This document shows positions 37,096 through 43,410 of a stretch of 43,410 nucleotides of DNA, piece by piece. A program made the position numbers and the translations under genes. Position 1 is the stretch's first letter. Every line of letters starts with the position of its first letter. The DNA is from Perkinsus olseni (taxonomy: Eukaryota), in assembly GCA_013115125.1 (NCBI GenBank), contig JABANN010000044.1, forward strand, positions 62,001-105,410. Reading direction: 5' to 3'. The notes under the pieces are model-generated. The model had not been told where the DNA came from. It was given only the letters and a program-made list of their open reading frames with translations, and did not search any database.

Positions 37096-40000
37096 ATGTC
37101 ATTCTGGAATTTCCTGGGATTGAGTGGGGAGGAAGAGGTGCAGAAGCCGCCGGCACCAGTGCAACAACAGCAACAGCCAGCTGCCACGGTAGCAGCATGG
37201 GTAGATAAACTGATTTAAGGTCGTGGAACGCGATACCGCCTTCGATCATGTGGTCGCAGGATCCTCACGGCGGGGCATTAACGCGAGGTGCCCTATGTGC
37301 AACGCCAGTGCTGGTTTTGGCCCTGCGCTGATTCCGTAGATGAGGTCTGGCGTTGTCAGATTTTTCTTTCAGACTCAACAGCGTCCTCAAAGTAAATCCC
37401 CAGGGATGGTGCGGACGACGGTATCTCCGAGTGTGGCCACTGGTGGTTACGCGGCACCAGCTGTACCACTACCACGGAGGCCCCCGCAGGTTGCCCATCA
37501 CCAAGGCGATGGGAGATCAGCCGCTGCTAGGAGTAGTAGTCGTGGAGAGGACGTAGATGTAGCGTATGCAGACCGTAGAGCGTGTTGAGCTCAGCCGAGT
37601 CGATGAGAGAAGGCGAGCCCCTGCTGTCAGGTTCCTCGATAAGTAGCAGCGTCACTTCTATGACGTCCAAGACGCCATCGTTGGGGGGTCGGGCCGCGGG
37701 AGGGCCCAGTCGGTTTAGTTTTGTTAACAAGCCTCCGGTTGCGGCGTCCTCGAAGAGTGGCCCGAGTGCCTTTGGTTTTATCAACCGCCCGAATCAGAAA
37801 GTGGGGGAGAAGCCTCCCCCGCCGCCGCCTCCACCCCCGGCAAGAACGCCAAGCCCGTCAGCTGGGGCAGCTTCGCCTGCTAGCTCAATTGGCGGGCCGG
37901 GCGTGATGGGCTGTGGGAAGGATGACGATTCGGCAAACAATAAGGGAACCGGTCGGCCGCTGCAAAGTCCGAGGTCGACGGGGAGCATCAATGCGGAACT
38001 GCCAAGTGTAGTAGTGGGCTATTGGGCTGTGCTAGCGCGCATACCACTCCTTTGCTAACTCCTGACGGTGCTTGTCAGACGCGGAAGCTGTACCGTGATG
38101 AGAAGACTCAGCTGAGTGTCCGACGAAAGTCTAGCCTGGCGGAGTACAAAACGGCCGTTCTGAGCATCTTGAAAAGCGCGTCCCGGGAAAACGACGTCAT
38201 TAATCAATTGAAAGATGTGCTGGACCGGCAGAACCAGCTGGTGGAGGAGGTAGGGCTCTCACTACCTCAGCTGGAGAAGCGTCTCGCCGTCATCCCTGAG
38301 GGCACGCGTTCGTTTCCTATCGAGAGCATTTCACGGCGCATTAGCTCGGCAGTGAATACCCGGCGCTCTCGGTCCAGTGGATAGCACCGCCCAACTTGAC
38401 TGCGGAGTACGCGCTTCTTGACAGGAGCAGTTTGATGAGGCGTCCGAGATGGAGAATGAGGTGACCAGTGCTCGAGAGGCCTTCATCGATCTCTGGCGAG
38501 GCATGGCGGATCGGGCAGGGCAAATGCGGTCAGTGGGGGTAATATAAGGGTTGGGGAAAGGCCGCCAGAAGGAGGGATGGTAGTGCGATAAGATCTTACG
38601 AGAGTAGTCGCATATTTCCTCGAAAAAGGATAGTGAACGCCCTGATTAGCATGAATAGATGTTGTGGCGAACGTCCTCTTCCCGATACCAAAATGATAGT
38701 CGCCAGCCCTGCGGCGGATGCTAATTCTTCACTTAGCGGAAGCCTAAAACTGATTGACCCCTGTCCCTCGCGGTCGATGGTTGTCACATTTTGCAGAGTG
38801 ATTTCCTCGATGAGTGACTCGTATGGACTGCCTTGCCAAGTGCATTATTGTGTCCCACGGACGAAAGCCTAGGGGTGTTGTTTCAGACGACTCTCAGGGA
38901 TCTCGATGACAAGTCCATGCAAGTAACGGCTGGGCGGATTACTGTAGTTCAGGAGTAGTATGGGGGATAAGAGGCCCTTCGCTCCACCTGCGGAGATCAT
39001 GGTCGGACGCTTAGAGTCAAACTATGATGGTCGAATTGAGTGTCGGTAGTGCTGCATCTACTGTCGTCGGTAGCTCGATGTTTCGAGCAACTTTATCGGA
39101 TCGCACTCGTCCAGGGCCGTAGCAGATGTGGGCAGCTGGTCGGAATTCTCAGGCAGCTAGCTGCCCTGCATAGTGGTGAAGGAGAGCCTGCTGCTTCCTC
39201 CATCCGTGATGAAGATGGGCGTCTACAACAGCAACGAGCGGTCTTGGAGGCCGACTTGAAGAGTCTAGAGGAGATGAGAGCGGCGAATGAAGCCGAGGAG
39301 TAGTGCGGGGGCAGGAGTTACTTATCGATCCTCTTTCGCCACGCCATGAGCATAGCAAACTACTACCGGAATACTCACGCATCGTTGATGATGAGAAATC
39401 CGTGGCGCTGTTACGCTTAGCTCAGCTGTCGGCCCGTTTTCAAGGCTGTCCTTTGGACCATAACGATGGGGGTAGAGTCGTTAAAGGAGGCTTCGAAAAA
39501 TCAGAATTGTTGAACACAAACCGGTGGTTTGGACGCGGGCAATTTTCAGGGCGGAAATAAGAGCCGCTCGAAGCTCGGTAGAGGATGCTATTGAGGAAGT
39601 CACCGGGCCGGTCGACGAGGAGCGGCGGCAGGTGATGGAGGAAAGAGATCAGATGGACGACAAGATCAAGCGGCTCCAGGAAGAGTTAGCTGAGGCACAG
39701 TAATAACCGCGTTTTCGTCACGCGCCACTCGCCAATTGCGGTTGGTACTGTAGAGCGTACATAGCACTTTGGAGACCTCATGGAGCAATGAGTGCTGCGC
39801 GGCTATCGCACGATCCATGAGCGGAGCGTAGCAGTATTTGTTTGCTGTCTTATCAGGGCGAAGAGAGATGAGTGTGACGAGAAGATGAGCCGGTTGGATG
39901 GGGAGATATCAGCCGCCCGTGGGAAGGTACGTAGTTGCGTTTGAGTAGGTGCGGGGCAATGGCTGGGTGATCGGTTGAACTCCCCACACCAGTTTTGACG

Positions 40001-42523
40001 CGGTCGAGGCAACATTCGCATTGCCATTCCAGATGATTGCTATTATCTCTCTATCGTAATATTTTCATATTCGCTCTGAGCGTTGGTCAACCTCGCGATA
40101 GATCTCCTATGTGGCTGTTTATTCAGTTCCGAGATCAGCTCAGTAATGTCGAGGCAGCTGAAGAGAAGTTCAGTAGGAAGGCTAAGGCGATGGAGTTGAA
40201 GGAGGAGATCATCGACCAGCAACGGAAAACCATTCAGAAGCGGTAGTAGCGGTTGCGCTTGCTCATAGGAGACAATTTCGTGGCGCCGCGGTCACGACCG
40301 GCTGGGAATGCATTTCCGAGCACATCCGGGTTTCATATCTTTCTCTATAGAAATCAGACATTCTATCGGTGAAGTTTTCGGAGTCTTGCGTAACCTCTTC
40401 AGAGAAGACGATATTAAGCAACGGCGAGAGGAGAAGTTGGAGAACCGTCGGAAACTGGAAGAGGAGCTCGGCGCCCTCGACAGCACTCGCAAGGCCAGTG
40501 GGCAATGGGTAAGATTCCCAGTCCGCGGCAAGCGCCTGCATTCGTCATCCCCGATAGTCGCGTTGTTACGCTGGGGTCGATTCCAGCTAGTCGCTGCGGC
40601 GATCTTTCCATCGCTTCAGCTCGCGTCATCTGATAAGTTGGGGCCATCTGCAGAGGCGGGCGTTGATGCCATCGTTGAAGGCGCTGAGTTCAGGGCAAAG
40701 CTCAGGCGGCAGGTGAGTCCAGAAGAGTAGAACAAACGGGCTTTCGCAACATTCTGGCGGCATTTAGCGCGCGCCCTGCGCCTTAGGTTGCTGATGTCGC
40801 GGATAAACTGTCATCATTGGATCTTGAGATTGGTCGGGTGAGAAGCCAACTGAATCTCTTGCAGCAGCGGCGACCTCAAGTGAGCGAAAGATTTCTCTTT
40901 TTCGAGACGTAGAATTGACGATCAGATTGAGGAAGAGAAGCAGCAAGCAGTTCGCTCTCGGATGTTTGCAGAGGCCAAAAAGCTATCGGTAGGTTCAACT
41001 CCGATGATGGCTCAGAATACCAACGCTCCTGTGAGTGGTCGCTAACTTGCGCTCCACCGCCTGCGATTCCGCCGTCCACGGGGAAGGGAGGTTGGAGAGA
41101 AATATGAGGGGATAAATTGTACATTATGTTTGGCTTGGATCGAGATTAGTAATTTGGACGTGTTTTCTTTCCTTCTCCGGTCGAATTAGAATTGGTTTCG
41201 GAGTATCGGGATAGAATTGGGACCGTTAGACTGATCGGTGGGATGGGCTTGGCTGGTCAGGCCGAAGCCAAGTCCGTCGATGAGTCGATCACAAGCACTG
41301 AGACGTCCCTGAGAGATTTGCGGGACCAGAGCGCGGCCCTACGCCAGCAGCTCGACGAAGCTCAATCGAAAGAAGACGGACTCTTAGACGGCAGTACAGG
41401 TCAGAGGAAGAGCGGGCTTCGCTCCGCTGTATTCGGGTGTCATCTGTCAGACGCCCCGGGCTGTGGAGATATCCTCGAGAAACTAGCCCTGTCAGTGAAG
41501 GCCAGGCTGAAGGTCGTCCGCAGATTTGCTGAGGAGAAGGAACATGGGCTGAAACCAGAGATCGAGATGTGAGTGCTCGACTGGCCGTGAGCAGCTCATC
41601 TCCTAAGTATCTCTTCGGTGCTACACCGAGGAGGTGCCTCGCCAATGCATCTCACTCAACCATTGCGGCTTACGAATCATTCCCGCCATAGATAGTTGTT
41701 CGTGGGAGCTGGACGTGGAAATAGGACCGATCTAGCACTTCAGGTTGGAAGCATTGGACGCTCACATAGCCAAGCATTTGACGCCGGAGACTGAGGAGAA
41801 GTTGAAGTCACAGCTCGCTGATCTTGTCGACTCGTGGTCTCCCCAAGAGGAGGAGGAGGAAGCATCGAAACACGATGATGAGGCGAAGTGACGGTTCTGA
41901 GGTGCGCTCTCATTATAAGGTTGGGTCTGGCCAGGTCACCCGACAGCTCAGAAGGGGAGCCCCTCACATCAGGCGATGACGTGGGGGCTACGGGCTCTGA
42001 CAGCTATGCACCAAGGTCATCCAGTAACGATGATACCGTGAAGACTGTGAGCATCTTGCTCTCTTGAGTTATCTTGCATTTTCTCAAACCTGGCAGGTAT
42101 CGCCACCGGAAGATCGAGAGGAGGAAGACTCGAAAAATGTTTCCCAGCATGCAACTGAGGTTAGTATCAGTAGCTGCCGCTCGGGCCAAGACCCCCTGGA
42201 GCCATTCCGTTCAGGAGGTCACGAGTACTCGCGTGGACGTGTTGGAGTCCGAGCTTGCTCAACCATCGCACGCCGTGGGCGGTGTGGATACTCTTCGTTC
42301 TTCCGGCGGGAATGCTGAGGGAGCTCCGAGCGAGGGCGAAAGCGATACTGTTGACGCTGGTGAAGTGGAGACAGAGAAGACCGGCGAAACGATCGAAGAG
42401 CGGCAGCCTGCCTCAAAATGCGTGAGTTGGAAGTGCTATGCAGGGTTGGGATTGACTAGTTGCCTGTGTTAGCCATCGCCGCCACCAACAGCCCCCGAGG
42501 AGACTGGACAGTCGAATGCTTGA
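37096..42523 (+). CDS. Large multi-exon coiled-coil protein with low-complexity N-terminus, function unknown
   Basis: Start MSFWNFLGLSGEEEVQKPP, then a Ser/Pro-rich region with FSF/FGF motifs (SRFSFVN, SAFGFIN). Many heptad exons follow (DVINQLKDVLDRQNQLVEE-EQFDEASEMENE; DQLSNVEAAEEKFSRKAKAMELKEE; SLRDLRDQSAALRQQLDEAQ). Last exon PSPPPTAPEETGQSNA*. Confidence 0.65.
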
Positions 42524-42853
42524 ATCGATATGCTTGCCTTTCAGTTCGTGTACTAACTTCATCCATCGAGACAATTGCGTTTTCACCCTTTCTCGGATGT
42601 TGTTGAGTTACATTCCAGTAGGGTCACAGTAGACGATATAAAGACGCGATAACTTTCAAGTTGCGTCCCGGCGGTGACGATGATATTGACACTTAACACA
42701 ACACGAATCGATGAAAAGGACAACTTAACATCAGTAAGAAGTTCTTCTTATCTCCGAAAGGGATTCTCCCCCAACATTATCAGATTTGGCTGATCAAATG
42801 AGGGAAGGAGAAGCGAAAACTGAACCCGTACGAGAAGCTTCTGAATGTCACAC

Positions 42854-43410
42854 TTAGCACCTAGTAAGAGTGGTATCGATGAGGGCACCGATGCTGACGT
42901 GAACGTCATTGGCGTCGATGATGGTGGCCTTGACGGCGTCGATGTGCATCATATGCATCAACTTGCTGAGGGTCTGATCGTAGTTGGAGAACTCCATCTC
43001 AGAACCATTCACCTTGTAGTCGGCGTGCATCTTCATACCCATCACGTTGATGGTAGCCTGGCCATTCTCGAAATTGATGTTGAAGCTCTGACCCATCACG
43101 TTACCACAGAAAACACCACCGAAAGCAGGGGATGTAGTGGTAGTGGTGGTAGGAGCCTGGGTCGTGGTGGTAGTGGGCTTGGCAGTAGTAGTGGTAGGAG
43201 CCTCGATGGTAGTAGTGGTGGGGGCGGCAGTGGTAGTCACAGGGGCCTCAGTAGTAGTCACAGGGGCCTCAGTAGTAGTCACAGGGGCCTCAGTAGCAGT
43301 CACAGGGGCCTCAGTAGTAGTCACAGGGGCCTCAGTAGTAGTCACAGGGGCCTCAGTAGTAGTCACAGGGGCCTCAGTAGTAGTCACAGGGGCCTCAGTA
43401 GTAGTCACAG
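42854..43410 (-). CDS. Mucin-like Thr-rich repeat protein, 3' part (runs off the window end)
   Basis: (VTTTEAP)n repeats followed by a ~90-aa domain bracketed by two Cys (GVFCGNV...TTLTRC*). Strongly biased codon usage; no intron in the visible part. Confidence 0.85.
   Translation of the reverse strand, partial: VTTTEAPVTTTEAPVTTTEAPVTTTEAPVTTTEAPVTATEAPVTTTEAPVTTTEAPVTTTAAPTTTTIEAPTTTTAKPTTTTTQAPTTTTTTSPAFGGVFCGNVMGQSFNINFENGQATINVMGMKMHADYKVNGSEMEFSNYDQTLSKLMHMMHIDAVKATIIDANDVHVSIGALIDTTLTRC
43228..43410 (-). repeat. 21-bp coding tandem repeat (~9 copies)
   Basis: Plus-strand unit CAGTAGTAGTCACAGGGGCCT, encoding VTTTEAP. Confidence 0.95.

Overview
Intron-dense eukaryotic DNA with mostly ~35-60 nt GT-AG introns. 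Gene style and families suggest an alveolate, most likely Perkinsus (inference). Most ORF-track entries are exons or shadow ORFs, so I spliced genes by eye. Left half (1-20.8 kb), all on the minus strand: bestrophin (partial), a SelS/SelK-type selenoprotein, RAD5-type SNF2/RING helicase with a gag-like remnant in a 1.2-kb intron, an intronless membrane protein with a split TIR-like domain, ROMO1/Mgr2, FIG4-type SAC phosphatase and mitoribosomal mS23. After a head-to-head strand switch come exportin-7 (+), three tandem paralogues of an uncharacterised secreted family (-), a large coiled-coil gene (+) and a Thr-rich mucin-like gene (-, partial). Top observations: (1) a hidden selenoprotein ending G-U-R-R-stop with a canonical SECIS just downstream; (2) the split-TIR multi-pass membrane protein with an intact catalytic-type Glu; (3) recurring perfect palindromes with a 1-nt centre in intergenic or degenerate DNA.
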